Origin: Candidatus Komeilibacteria bacterium
GTDB lineage: Bacteria; Patescibacteriota; Patescibacteriia; UBA1558; 2-01-FULL-52-15
Length of the DNA stretch: 64,000 bases
Direction of reading: 5' to 3'
Assembly (NCBI GenBank): GCA_043801745.1
Contig: JAZDLR010000013.1
Span: 9,608-73,607, forward strand
The position numbers and the translations under genes are program-made. Positions within the stretch are counted from its first letter, which is position 1, and each line of letters starts with the position of its first letter. Shown piece by piece: positions 38,469-47,504 of the stretch. Below the pieces are notes generated by a model that was given only the letters and a program-made list of their open reading frames with translations, searched no databases and was not told the origin of the DNA.

Positions 38469-38994
38469 TAAATCTTCGGGTCTTACCCTGATAGAGATTG
38501 TTATTGTCGTTGCGCTCATGGTAGTGGTCATGGCCGGTGCCGGGATATCTATCAACAGTATCATGGGCGCGTCCAATAAACGGGTCTATAATAACGATTT
38601 GGAAAGCATTCAGACGTTAATTGTCAAAGCGCGGGCTTATGCTAAAGCCAGCCGCCTGAATGACGACTGGGGAATTAAAGAGCTGATTGCTAATACCACC
38701 GGTTGCGGCGCGACTACTGCCACTAATTGTTTTGTTTTATTCAAGGGCAAGGACTATGCCGCCCGTTCTACTGATTATGACGAGGTTATTACTTTTAGCA
38801 GTAATCTGGAGCGCTATGATAATACTAATAACGAATCGGAAATATACTGGCAGAAAGTTACCGGCTGGGGCAGAGGATTTGAAAATGCCTCCAGCACCGA
38901 TGGGACGGGTTTCCGTTTGCGTTCTGCTGACGGCACTTATGATTGCATTGTTAAGGTGGGCATTTTTGGCGTAGTATTTAATTCCTGTGAATAA
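38458..38994 (+). CDS. prepilin-type minor pilin/pseudopilin
   Basis: Leader MLVNKSSG followed by LTLIEIVIVVALM (class III signal, G|LTLIE). GTG or TTG start overlapping the pilC stop. Confidence 0.6.
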   Translation: MLVNKSSGLTLIEIVIVVALMVVVMAGAGISINSIMGASNKRVYNNDLESIQTLIVKARAYAKASRLNDDWGIKELIANTTGCGATTATNCFVLFKGKDYAARSTDYDEVITFSSNLERYDNTNNESEIYWQKVTGWGRGFENASSTDGTGFRLRSADGTYDCIVKVGIFGVVFNSCE

Positions 38995-39013
38995 GAAGAT
39001 TAATAGAGTAATA

Positions 39014-39051
39014 TCGCCCACAGGGCGACCGCCCCTTGGGCGGGATTAATT
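39014..39051. repeat. GC-rich palindromic insertion (family B) flanked by 8-bp direct repeats GAGTAATA
   Basis: TCGCCCACAGGGCGA CCGCCCCTTGGGCGGG with GAGTAATA on both sides (39006-39013 and 39052-39059). Shares CGCCCACAGGGCG with the element at 60161-60194. Confidence 0.5.
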
Positions 39052-39072
39052 GAGTAATAGACTAATTGAATA

Positions 39073-40038
39073 ATGGAATCGATGAGAGAATATAGGAAAT
39101 CCGTGGGTTTTTCTTTAGTGGAAATTATTTTGGCAGTGGCGATATTGTCAATTTTGGCCGGAGCCGTGGCCTATACAGTCAGTAATGCCAACTCTAATTT
39201 CAGCGGCCCGACAGATGATGCGATGAAAGCCCGTTTTGCCCAGGAAGGTTACGAAGCTGTCAAAGCTATTGCCAGCGACTCCTGGTCTGATATTGTCGCT
39301 GCTTCTGCCTATTTAACTGACGCTTCGCGGAGCTCATCAGGAAAATGGACATTAATACGAATATTTTCTACTCGGGGAACTTTAACCAGAAATATATCTA
39401 TAGATGATGTTCAGCGTGATAGCAGTGGCGCCATTGTAGATTCCGGTGGACAGCCCGATTATAATACCTATAAAGTTACTGTTCAGATAGTTGGAGGAAC
39501 GAGCACTTATCAACTTGTTGGTTATATAACCAACAAAAACGCTTATAAATTCAGGCAAACCAGCTGGGATGGAACCACCGGAGTTTTCTCTTGGTCGGGT
39601 AATAGTTTAAGTAATAATTTTTACAGCGATGAGAACATGACCGGTACTAGCACGGTGGGAGCATTGACTATGCATGATGGAACTTCGGTCGCCTATGCCA
39701 CGTCCTCAGCTATGATTATTTCTTATGCCTCCACCAGTCCGGCAATCAAGAATCAACACATTTTGACTTTAGAATGGACGCAAAATGTACCCACTAGTTG
39801 CGTTTTACGTTTATATTTAGAAGCGACCAATAGCGGCTCCGGCGGTGTGCCTTTTTTTGCTACTAGTACTCTTATTGGACCGTTGACAGCTAGTATTTCC
39901 GGAACAGCCACTACGTCGCTTAATTTATCAGGTTATTCAACTTTGTCCCATAAACGTTGGGTGCGCTATGGTGTCAGCATGCGTTCCTGTTCCAGCAATT
40001 ACCCAACTTTATACGGTGTTAATATTTATGCGGATTAA
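39073..40038 (+). CDS. prepilin-type pilin-like protein (321 aa)
   Basis: Leader ...RKSVG then FSLVEIILAVAIL. Confidence 0.6.
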   Translation: MESMREYRKSVGFSLVEIILAVAILSILAGAVAYTVSNANSNFSGPTDDAMKARFAQEGYEAVKAIASDSWSDIVAASAYLTDASRSSSGKWTLIRIFSTRGTLTRNISIDDVQRDSSGAIVDSGGQPDYNTYKVTVQIVGGTSTYQLVGYITNKNAYKFRQTSWDGTTGVFSWSGNSLSNNFYSDENMTGTSTVGALTMHDGTSVAYATSSAMIISYASTSPAIKNQHILTLEWTQNVPTSCVLRLYLEATNSGSGGVPFFATSTLIGPLTASISGTATTSLNLSGYSTLSHKRWVRYGVSMRSCSSNYPTLYGVNIYAD

Positions 40039-41215
40039 TAATTTTGTGAAAAAAGTACGCGGCTTCACTTTGATAGAGATGATAATTTATGTGGCTGTTT
40101 TGGGTGTTATTTTGGTGGGAGTAATCAGTATCAGTTTAATAGTGAAGACTGCGCAGACTAAATTTATATCGCACCGCCGGGTTGCGACCGACCTAAGTAC
40201 TGCCTTAAATAATGTGGATTTTCTGCTGCGTAATTCCGATGGTTTTGTTACGGATAATAGCGGCAAACAATGTCAGGATTTTGAAGGTACTCAAGGCTAT
40301 AATTCTTATTATTTGGCTCTTTTTTATAGTTCTTCCACTGCCATGTCTATCTTACCCTATGAATGCAGTGGTAGTTTTACGGCTACGACTACGGCAGTGA
40401 AAATTTATTGGCGCGATGCATCCCACCGCGGTTTATGGATTGATTGCTATCACGGATTTGCCAATGGTGAATCCGGTAATTGCACTAAAGTTCAGAGCTA
40501 TGGTGATACCAGTTTTTATTTTACTTCGGATAAAAATACCGTGATCTATAATGGCGGTTTGATTTTTGCCACCACCACAGCTTACGGCAGTCCGGCTTTA
40601 AGTACGACTTTAACCCTGGGTTTGCCTAATCAGGGTCAGCTAAACTTTTTTTCTGCCACCACCACGGCCAGCACCACCACGGCATTTCGCGTCAAGATTA
40701 GTAACTCTCCTGCGCCCACGGAAATCATCTGTGGTGACGGTGTGCGGCAGAGTAGTGAGATTTGTGATTCTAATTTAACCACATCCTGCTCTGGTAATAA
40801 TAATTATTTTACTGGCGGTTACGTGGAAGATGATTCCACCTGTAATAGCAAAACTGCTTGTAAATATGACTGTTCGGGTTGTCTGGATTCGGCTACCTGC
40901 ACGGGCTCTCCTTGCGCTGTTGATGGTATCTACTCGGGTGGTTACTGTTATTATTTGGGCGCTGCTAACCAATCGTGTACGACTGTTTGTACTACTCATG
41001 GCGGCTGCGTGGCCGGAGCCTTGTCTGATACCAGCTGTACTTTATTGACCGAGTTGGATGCTAACTGCGGCGGCGGGTGCGGCATCGGCAGTTTGAACGC
41101 TTATCATCCGTCCTGGGACGGCGGCGCGAATTGTTATTATGTTGGCGGCAGAACTTATGCTTGTGCCACGGCGCCGGCTTCGGGTTATCATCGTTTATGT
41201 CGGTGTGCTTCTTAA
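40028..41215 (+). CDS. prepilin-type pilin-like protein with Cys-rich C-terminal domain
   Basis: Leader MRINNFVKKVRG then FTLIEMIIYVAVL. The C-terminal ~150 aa contain more than 25 cysteines. Confidence 0.65.
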   Translation: MRINNFVKKVRGFTLIEMIIYVAVLGVILVGVISISLIVKTAQTKFISHRRVATDLSTALNNVDFLLRNSDGFVTDNSGKQCQDFEGTQGYNSYYLALFYSSSTAMSILPYECSGSFTATTTAVKIYWRDASHRGLWIDCYHGFANGESGNCTKVQSYGDTSFYFTSDKNTVIYNGGLIFATTTAYGSPALSTTLTLGLPNQGQLNFFSATTTASTTTAFRVKISNSPAPTEIICGDGVRQSSEICDSNLTTSCSGNNNYFTGGYVEDDSTCNSKTACKYDCSGCLDSATCTGSPCAVDGIYSGGYCYYLGAANQSCTTVCTTHGGCVAGALSDTSCTLLTELDANCGGGCGIGSLNAYHPSWDGGANCYYVGGRTYACATAPASGYHRLCRCAS

Positions 41216-41216
41216 T

Positions 41217-42695
41217 ATGACAATGTTTAATCGAAAAGATATGCTAAAATCCGACCGGGGAGCCATAGCATTGATTGCAGTTGTTTTGGTTACTATGTTG
41301 GTTTCTATCTTTGCCGTTAGTCTGGCGGTGATGAATTTGGATTACTCTTTATCTATTGGTTCAATGTTATTTGATAAATCCGTCATGACAGCAACTGACG
41401 GCTGTCTGGACGCCAGCATTGGCCAGCTGGCTTCTTATAATGGTACGGCCAGCAGTAATATTTCTAATATTGGTCCGGCTAATCTAAATTGCAGTATAAC
41501 TGTTACCTCCTCGGGTAATGAAAGATACTTATTGGCCAGCACTGCTAGTACTGCGGCGTTTGTAAATACTGTCCGCAATGCCACCTCAACTATTAATGTG
41601 GCCACTAACCCGGTGACGATTCAGCGGTATATTGAAGAAGTCACACAACCGGCAGATCTTTTAGTTGATGGCGGTAATGTTAATGTGAGTACAGTTGCTA
41701 CTGCCGCGCCTTCGGTAGCTGTAGATGGACAGTATGCCTATATTACTTATAGAAGCACATTAGCTTCAGGGCGTAAGTTAAATACAGTTCAGGTTGATTT
41801 GAATACGTTTACCTCATTGACCTCGTTAGCAAATTATTCAGTAACTACCGCACCCATAAACGACTCTCTTGTTTATAAGGGTTATTTATACGTTAGCTAT
41901 ACCAGCTCTGCCTGTAGATTAAATTTAGCCAGAATTGATTTAAGTAATTTTTCCGGCGGCGCGACTTTGGTGGAATCTATTACTACAGATGGTTGCAGTG
42001 GGGACAGTCTCGTGACGCCACCGTCGCTGGCAGCGTACGGAAACTATGTTTATGTGAATTATGAAGTGGAGGCCACCGGTCAACTTTATTTAGGTCGAAT
42101 GGATACTAGCAATTTTAGCGTTTCTGGTTTTTCTTCTGTGGCTGTCAGTACTGGTCAGGCCTATGCCGCTGATTTAGCCATTAAAGACGGTTTTGCTTAT
42201 ACTGCCTACATGGATACAGTTGATGATGCTTATCCGGTAAAATTATCCAAAATTGATTTAAGCAACTGGAGTGTCACTAATACGATCACTGTTAAAGAAG
42301 TTTGTTGGTCAAGTATAGCGTTGACTATTGTCGATAATAATGCCTATATTTTGCGTGATAGCGGTGATGATTACGCTTTTGATATTACGCGGGTAAATTT
42401 AGATTCCTTTACGGCCAATACTAGTGTTGCCTTGTCAGTTTCTGGTAGTGATTTAACGGCCCTTGCCTCGGCGGGATTTATTTATGTCGGTTTACATGAT
42501 ACTAATGATGATGCGGCTAAAATTATTAAGTTTAATGTACGTACTATGACTCAAGATCAATCATTAGGTACTTATGGAGCTGGAGTTCCGTCCGGACAGT
42601 CGCATTTAGCCGCTCCCGGAGGTAAATATATTTATCAGACATTCTATGACGCTGGTGGACCGGCTAACAGACTATTCCGTATTCAAATTGATTAA
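41217..42695 (+). CDS. pilus-associated large protein with predicted beta-propeller-like repeats
   Basis: N-terminal TM without a G-FTLIE motif. Recurring [YF].Y..Y blades spaced ~50 aa apart (YAYITYRS, YLYVSYTS, YVYVNYEV, FAYTAYMD). Confidence 0.5.
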   Translation: MTMFNRKDMLKSDRGAIALIAVVLVTMLVSIFAVSLAVMNLDYSLSIGSMLFDKSVMTATDGCLDASIGQLASYNGTASSNISNIGPANLNCSITVTSSGNERYLLASTASTAAFVNTVRNATSTINVATNPVTIQRYIEEVTQPADLLVDGGNVNVSTVATAAPSVAVDGQYAYITYRSTLASGRKLNTVQVDLNTFTSLTSLANYSVTTAPINDSLVYKGYLYVSYTSSACRLNLARIDLSNFSGGATLVESITTDGCSGDSLVTPPSLAAYGNYVYVNYEVEATGQLYLGRMDTSNFSVSGFSSVAVSTGQAYAADLAIKDGFAYTAYMDTVDDAYPVKLSKIDLSNWSVTNTITVKEVCWSSIALTIVDNNAYILRDSGDDYAFDITRVNLDSFTANTSVALSVSGSDLTALASAGFIYVGLHDTNDDAAKIIKFNVRTMTQDQSLGTYGAGVPSGQSHLAAPGGKYIYQTFYDAGGPANRLFRIQID

Positions 42696-42697
42696 CT

Positions 42698-44521
42698 ATG
42701 TCTATATTTAATTTGAGAAAAAAAAATTCCTCGGTAGTAGCGCTAAATATCTCCGACCGTTCGTTAGAAGCAGTTAAGATCACTAAAGAGGGGGACCGCT
42801 GTAAGTTATTAGCTTTGTCTAGGCTGGAAATAGAAGCCGGAATTATTGAAGACGGCAAAGTAATCAGGCCCGAGCCCTTAGCTGCGGCCATCAGGCAATT
42901 GATGCATCAGGCCAAACCTTTACCGCTGCGTGATAAGGACCTGGTGATTACCATACCGGAATCCAAAATTTTTTCGCTGGCGAGTGAGATTCCGGCCACG
43001 GCCAAGGATCAGGAACTGATTGATATTATCCGTCACCGGGCGGCCGAAGTGATACCTGTTGAACCGGAACTATTGATCTTTGATTATGTTATTAATCGTG
43101 GAGTCAAGACAGAGATTTTCTACGCTGCTACCTATCAAGCTTTGATTCAGGATTATGTCAAAGTCTTTGACAGTTTAAAATTGCGGCTGCGTTTTATTGG
43201 TATGGAATCACAGGCTTTGGCGCGCGCGGTCATTACTCCGGGACGGGAAGATAATATTTTATTGCTGGATATCGGTGCCCGCTCAACTATCGCTTCTATA
43301 TTTAGTCGGGGATTTATCAGAGAAACGGCCAACTTGGCAATTGCTGGTGATGCTATCACGGCCGCTTTAGCCCGTGATTTTCAGGTCGGCGTAGAGGAGA
43401 TTGAGCAGATCAAAGAGCAAAGGGGTTTAACTTTAAGTGAGGATAATGTCTACCGCGAAGTTATCATTAAGGTGATTGATGATCTGGCGGTGGAAATTCA
43501 GAAATTTTACACCTTTTGGCGTGGCCGCAGCTCTGAGACAGTGACGGAAGTAATTTTGGCCGGTGGTAGTTCACAATTGCCCGGCTTAGCCGAATATTTA
43601 CAGGTTAAGCTGAATTTGCCCGTGCGTCTCGGTGAACTGCCGGTTGAACTGACTTTGGATAAAGCCCAACTAAACGTGCAGAAATTTCTACCTGTCATCG
43701 GAGTGGCTTTGTTAAATTTGTCTGGTGATAAAGGAGCAATAAATTTCTTAAAAATTAAACCGGTAAGCGTTAATAAAAAAAATTCAACAACAGTTTCTCC
43801 TTCACTGGCCGTGCCTGAACCGGTTACGCCAAAGCATGAACCAATACCTCTGTGGCGGTTGCTGATATTAATTTTTTTACTACTGATGTCTTTGGGTGTC
43901 TTTGGTTTTTTTTGGTGGCGCAGTACGGCGCCAACATCATTTATCCATTCGCCGCCGGATATCGCTGATCAGAGTATGGCCGCGTCGTTTATACTGGATG
44001 TTGGATCGGTCTCTGGTGTGGCTGATATTATACCGGCCCGGGCGGAGCGCCGTATTTTGAATGGTCAAATTCAGCTGACGGCGGTGTATTGGCAGCGTAT
44101 CAATAATAATGCCCGCTCAGAAGGTCGGGATATTAATAATCGTCAGCAAATGTATAATTACGTTTTGACTGATTTAGTGGCAAAAATTTGGCGTGATAAC
44201 TACGCTAATCTAGCTAGTCAGTATCAGCGTTCTGGTAGCTATTTGTTGGATACTTATCCGACCTATGAAGTGACCACCTCAACACCCCCCAGTGCTGATT
44301 GGCAGCTTAATCAGGATCAGGCTATGTCTTTGGCAGTCAATTATGCCCTTATTTCTCTGTCAGAACAAGATTTTCAGCAGACCCTTACTAATCAGTGGCA
44401 GTCTAAGTTTCAAGCACCATTACCGAGTAGCTATTCGGTCTCGCAAACGCATTTAGCCAAAATTGATGTTGCCGGCAATCAGTATCGGGCAACAATAACG
44501 ATCTTACCAGAAATTAAGTAG
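42698..44521 (+). CDS. pilM: PilM-like actin-fold ATPase fused to a TM and C-terminal (PilN/O-like) domain
   Basis: N-terminal PilM-like region (VALNISDRSLEAVKI ... LLDIGARSTIASIF) and a mid-protein TM LLILIFLLLMSLGVFGFFWW. Confidence 0.65.
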   Translation: MSIFNLRKKNSSVVALNISDRSLEAVKITKEGDRCKLLALSRLEIEAGIIEDGKVIRPEPLAAAIRQLMHQAKPLPLRDKDLVITIPESKIFSLASEIPATAKDQELIDIIRHRAAEVIPVEPELLIFDYVINRGVKTEIFYAATYQALIQDYVKVFDSLKLRLRFIGMESQALARAVITPGREDNILLLDIGARSTIASIFSRGFIRETANLAIAGDAITAALARDFQVGVEEIEQIKEQRGLTLSEDNVYREVIIKVIDDLAVEIQKFYTFWRGRSSETVTEVILAGGSSQLPGLAEYLQVKLNLPVRLGELPVELTLDKAQLNVQKFLPVIGVALLNLSGDKGAINFLKIKPVSVNKKNSTTVSPSLAVPEPVTPKHEPIPLWRLLILIFLLLMSLGVFGFFWWRSTAPTSFIHSPPDIADQSMAASFILDVGSVSGVADIIPARAERRILNGQIQLTAVYWQRINNNARSEGRDINNRQQMYNYVLTDLVAKIWRDNYANLASQYQRSGSYLLDTYPTYEVTTSTPPSADWQLNQDQAMSLAVNYALISLSEQDFQQTLTNQWQSKFQAPLPSSYSVSQTHLAKIDVAGNQYRATITILPEIK

Positions 44522-44577
44522 ATAAATACCCCTTTTTATGGTATATTATATACTACTAAAAACCTGTGTATAAAAAT

Positions 44578-45144
44578 ATGATCAAAAAACCCGGCTTTAC
44601 CCTTATTGAACTTATTATTGTGGTTGCAATTATTGGCATTTTGGCAGCAGCCGCTTTTGTGGCTATTAATCCCTCTAAGCGCGTTGGTGATTCTAATAAC
44701 TCCCGTCGCTGGACTGACGTGACGGGTATTCTGGACGGTATTATGTCTTATGTTGTTGATAACAATGGTAATTTTCCAGCTGCCCTAGTTAATATTTCGA
44801 ATGCCAATGCTGGTACGTACGTTTTAGGCACTGGCACCAAGGGTTGCGGTAATACGGCGAATGTTTATAACGGATTGGCCAACGGTTGTGGCAACCTTTT
44901 CAGCGGTAATGGTAGTATGGCAACTTCGCTTAACGCCGGCGCTAATATCACCTGCATTAATTTGGCCTCATCTTTAGTTGATACTTATTTGCCGACTATT
45001 CCTCAGGATCCTTTAGTTGCGGCCCAGGGCAATGGTAGCGCTTCCTGGACCGGTTATTATGTTTATAAAGCTAATACCAGTAATCGGGTAACAGTCGGTT
45101 CTTGTCTGCCTTATAATAACGCTGTGATTCGTGTAGCTCGCTAG
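44578..45144 (+). CDS. type IV major pilin candidate (copy 1)
   Basis: Leader MIKKPG then FTLIELIIVVAIIGILAAAAF. Confidence 0.75.
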   Translation: MIKKPGFTLIELIIVVAIIGILAAAAFVAINPSKRVGDSNNSRRWTDVTGILDGIMSYVVDNNGNFPAALVNISNANAGTYVLGTGTKGCGNTANVYNGLANGCGNLFSGNGSMATSLNAGANITCINLASSLVDTYLPTIPQDPLVAAQGNGSASWTGYYVYKANTSNRVTVGSCLPYNNAVIRVAR

Positions 45145-45192
45145 CCAATCTTCTCTCCGCGGCAACAAAACCCATTTAACCAATTTCGATAT

Positions 45193-45783
45193 ATGAGCAA
45201 AAAAAGTCTAGGTTTTACTCTGATTGAACTTATTATAGTCGTGGCCATCATTGGTATTTTGGCAGCCGCCGCTTTTGTGGCCATTAATCCGGCTAAGCGC
45301 GTTGGCGATACTTATAACGCCCGGCGCTGGGCTGATGTGACAGCAATTTTGGATGCCATCATGACTTATGTAGTTGATAATAACGGAAATTTTCCGGCAG
45401 CCCTGGTCAATATTACTAACGCCACGGCTGGTACGTACGTTTTAGGCAATATAGCTGGCGTGGGGGCCGGAACTGGAGGCGGGTGTGGTAATGCTGCTAA
45501 TATTTATAATGGGTTAGCTAATGGCTGCGGTAATGTTTTTAGTAGTAACGGCTCTTTAGCTACTATGATTACTGGTGGCGCCGCCACAAATTGTATTGAT
45601 TTATCGTCAGCTTTGGTAGACACTTATTTACCGACAATTCCTCAAGATCCTTTGGTATCGGGTCAGGGTAATGGTAGTGCTTCCTGGACCGGTTATTATA
45701 TTTATAAGGCTAATACCAGTAACCGCATTACTGTTGGCGCTTGTCTGCCGTATAATAATACGACAATCCGGGTGGCCAAGTAG
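45193..45783 (+). CDS. type IV major pilin candidate (copy 2)
   Basis: Leader MSKKSLG then FTLIELIIVVAIIGILAAAAF. About 75% identical to copy 1. Confidence 0.75.
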   Translation: MSKKSLGFTLIELIIVVAIIGILAAAAFVAINPAKRVGDTYNARRWADVTAILDAIMTYVVDNNGNFPAALVNITNATAGTYVLGNIAGVGAGTGGGCGNAANIYNGLANGCGNVFSSNGSLATMITGGAATNCIDLSSALVDTYLPTIPQDPLVSGQGNGSASWTGYYIYKANTSNRITVGACLPYNNTTIRVAK

Positions 45784-45809
45784 TACAAGTAGATTATATT
45801 TCCAAGCAC

Positions 45810-45839
45810 CCCTACCCATCGCGGTAGGGTTGTTTTTTT
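45810..45839 (+). terminator. intrinsic terminator after the pilin genes
   Basis: CCCTACC-catcgc-GGTAGGG followed by TTGTTTTTTT. Confidence 0.6.
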
Positions 45840-45876
45840 CGCTTCAGTCGGTATTTAGGGCCGTTTTAGGGGGTTT

Positions 45877-45920
45877 ACCCCGTCCGCTCATAAGCGCTGC
45901 GCGCATTGAGCGGACGGGGT
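45877..45920. promoter_or_regulatory. 14-bp perfect inverted repeat ACCCCGTCCGCTCA...TGAGCGGACGGGGT abutting the hrcA -35
   Basis: Its 16-nt loop is itself palindromic (AGCGCtgcGCGCa). The 3' arm ends in CGGGGT fused to TTGACA. No T-run follows on either strand. Confidence 0.45.
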
Positions 45921-45947
45921 TGACAGCTTAATTTAACTTGTTATACT
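45920..45947 (+). promoter_or_regulatory. hrcA operon promoter
   Basis: TTGACA, 16-nt spacer, TATACT, placed just upstream of the CIRCE element. Confidence 0.55.
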
Positions 45948-45951
45948 GAAA

Positions 45952-45978
45952 TTAGCACTCTTTCACTGTGAGTGCCAA
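45952..45978 (+). promoter_or_regulatory. CIRCE element (HrcA operator)
   Basis: TTAGCACTC-N9-GAGTGCCAA, one mismatch from the consensus TTAGCACTC-N9-GAGTGCTAA. Confidence 0.8.
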
Positions 45979-45987
45979 TTGTCACAT

Positions 45988-46656
45988 ATGGAAGAGAGAC
46001 AGCAAAAGTTACTACAATCCGTGATTGAACATTATATTGCTACGGCTCAGCCGGTAGGATCGGTTTTTTTGGCCCAGCAGGACCAGTTTGATCTTAGCCC
46101 GGCTACTATCCGCAATGAGCTGCTGGATTTAGAGGCCCGCGGTCTGATCTATCAGCCGCATACCTCAGCCGGCCGGGTGCCGACTATTAAGGGACTGCGC
46201 TATTATCTGGAATCTTTAATGACAGTAGAGAAGTTAGATCCGGAGTATCAGGAGGCTCTACGGGACTATGTGGCTCAATGGGGTGCTAGGGGTCTGGCCA
46301 AGATAGCTGCTGAACTCAGCAGCACCGCGGTAGTAATTGCTTCGGATGTGACCAATTTTTATTACACCGGATTTAGTCGTTTATTCTTGCAGCCGGAATT
46401 TACTGATGTGGAATTAGTGCGCTCACTGACTCAGGCCGTGGACCGGCTGGATGTTATCCTACCCAAACTATTTGGTCAGCTGGAGCGAAAGCCTTTGATT
46501 CTACTGGGCCGCCATAATCCTTTTGGAGCTTTTTGCAGCGCGCTATTTATCTCCAATGCCAGAGAGCCGGAAACCATTATGGGTCTGCTGGGACCGATCC
46601 GTACGGATTACGCGCGCAACGTGGCCTTATTACGTGAAGCGGTAAACTATTTATAA
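45988..46656 (+). CDS. hrcA: heat-inducible transcription repressor HrcA (short form)
   Basis: N-terminal winged HTH (LLQSVIEHYIATAQPVGS) and ATIRNELLDLEARGLI motif. 223 aa from the ATG at 45988. Confidence 0.75.
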   Translation: MEERQQKLLQSVIEHYIATAQPVGSVFLAQQDQFDLSPATIRNELLDLEARGLIYQPHTSAGRVPTIKGLRYYLESLMTVEKLDPEYQEALRDYVAQWGARGLAKIAAELSSTAVVIASDVTNFYYTGFSRLFLQPEFTDVELVRSLTQAVDRLDVILPKLFGQLERKPLILLGRHNPFGAFCSALFISNAREPETIMGLLGPIRTDYARNVALLREAVNYL

Positions 46657-46658
46657 CT

Positions 46659-47147
46659 ATGCCAGATAAAAAAATAATTGAAGAATTACGTCAGCAATCG
46701 GAGGATAATTTATTGGGTTGGAAACGAGCCTTGGCTGACTATGAGAATTTTAAGCGGGAGCAGGATAAGCGTCAGCTGGAAATGCAGTGGTTTACCCGAG
46801 CAGCGATTATTTCTGAGCTGCTGCCATTCTTTGATAACTTTAGCCGGGCTGTGAGTCATATTCCCCAGGAGCAACAGGAGTTAAATTGGGTAGTAGGCCT
46901 AAAGCATATGCAGAGTCAAACAACTGATATTCTGAAAAATATTGGTTTGGCTGAAATCCGTCCCGAAACCGGAGCGGTCTTTGATCCGCAGATTCACGAA
47001 GCGGTTGATACCGTGCATGATCAGGCTGTCAGCGATCATACGATTACTAAAGTAATTACTGTGGGTTACCTGCTGGACGGAAAGTTATTGCGGCCGGCCG
47101 GTGTAATAGTTAATGCCCACAAGGAGGAACTAACTAATGAATCATAA
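46659..47147 (+). CDS. grpE: nucleotide exchange factor GrpE
   Basis: GrpE coiled-coil plus beta-domain motifs (RALADYENFKRE). Confidence 0.85.
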   Translation: MPDKKIIEELRQQSEDNLLGWKRALADYENFKREQDKRQLEMQWFTRAAIISELLPFFDNFSRAVSHIPQEQQELNWVVGLKHMQSQTTDILKNIGLAEIRPETGAVFDPQIHEAVDTVHDQAVSDHTITKVITVGYLLDGKLLRPAGVIVNAHKEELTNES

Positions 47148-47499
47148 TTCTCATTTTCTTAGTCTGAAACTGATCCAGAAATGTCCGGCTTGTAATTCGC
47201 AATTTCAACAGACTACGGTGACAATCCTGGAGGAGAGTGATTTCTCTTTGTTAGCTCATTTACACTGTCTCAATTGCCACGTCAATTTACTGGCTAATGT
47301 CGTTACTATGCCGCAAGGATTAGTCGGTAACGCTATTCTCATTGATTTACGCTCTGATGAAGCGCCGGTGATACTGGCGCGGCAAGCCCTGACGGAAGAC
47401 GATTGGCTCAATTTATATCAACAGGTTAGCAATAAACAATTTATCAATTCACTAAGCGATCCCCAGGCCTTAGGCCGGATCGATAACAAGAAAGAATAA
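47137..47499 (+). CDS. zinc-ribbon hypothetical protein inserted between grpE and dnaK
   Basis: CPAC...CLNCH motif. Overlaps the grpE stop by 11 nt. Confidence 0.45.
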   Translation: MNHNSHFLSLKLIQKCPACNSQFQQTTVTILEESDFSLLAHLHCLNCHVNLLANVVTMPQGLVGNAILIDLRSDEAPVILARQALTEDDWLNLYQQVSNKQFINSLSDPQALGRIDNKKE

Positions 47500-47504
47500 T
47501 AACT

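Noticed and set aside
38687-39021. ORFs 38687..38974+ and 38737..39021-
   Set aside because: Alternative frames inside the pseudopilin gene.
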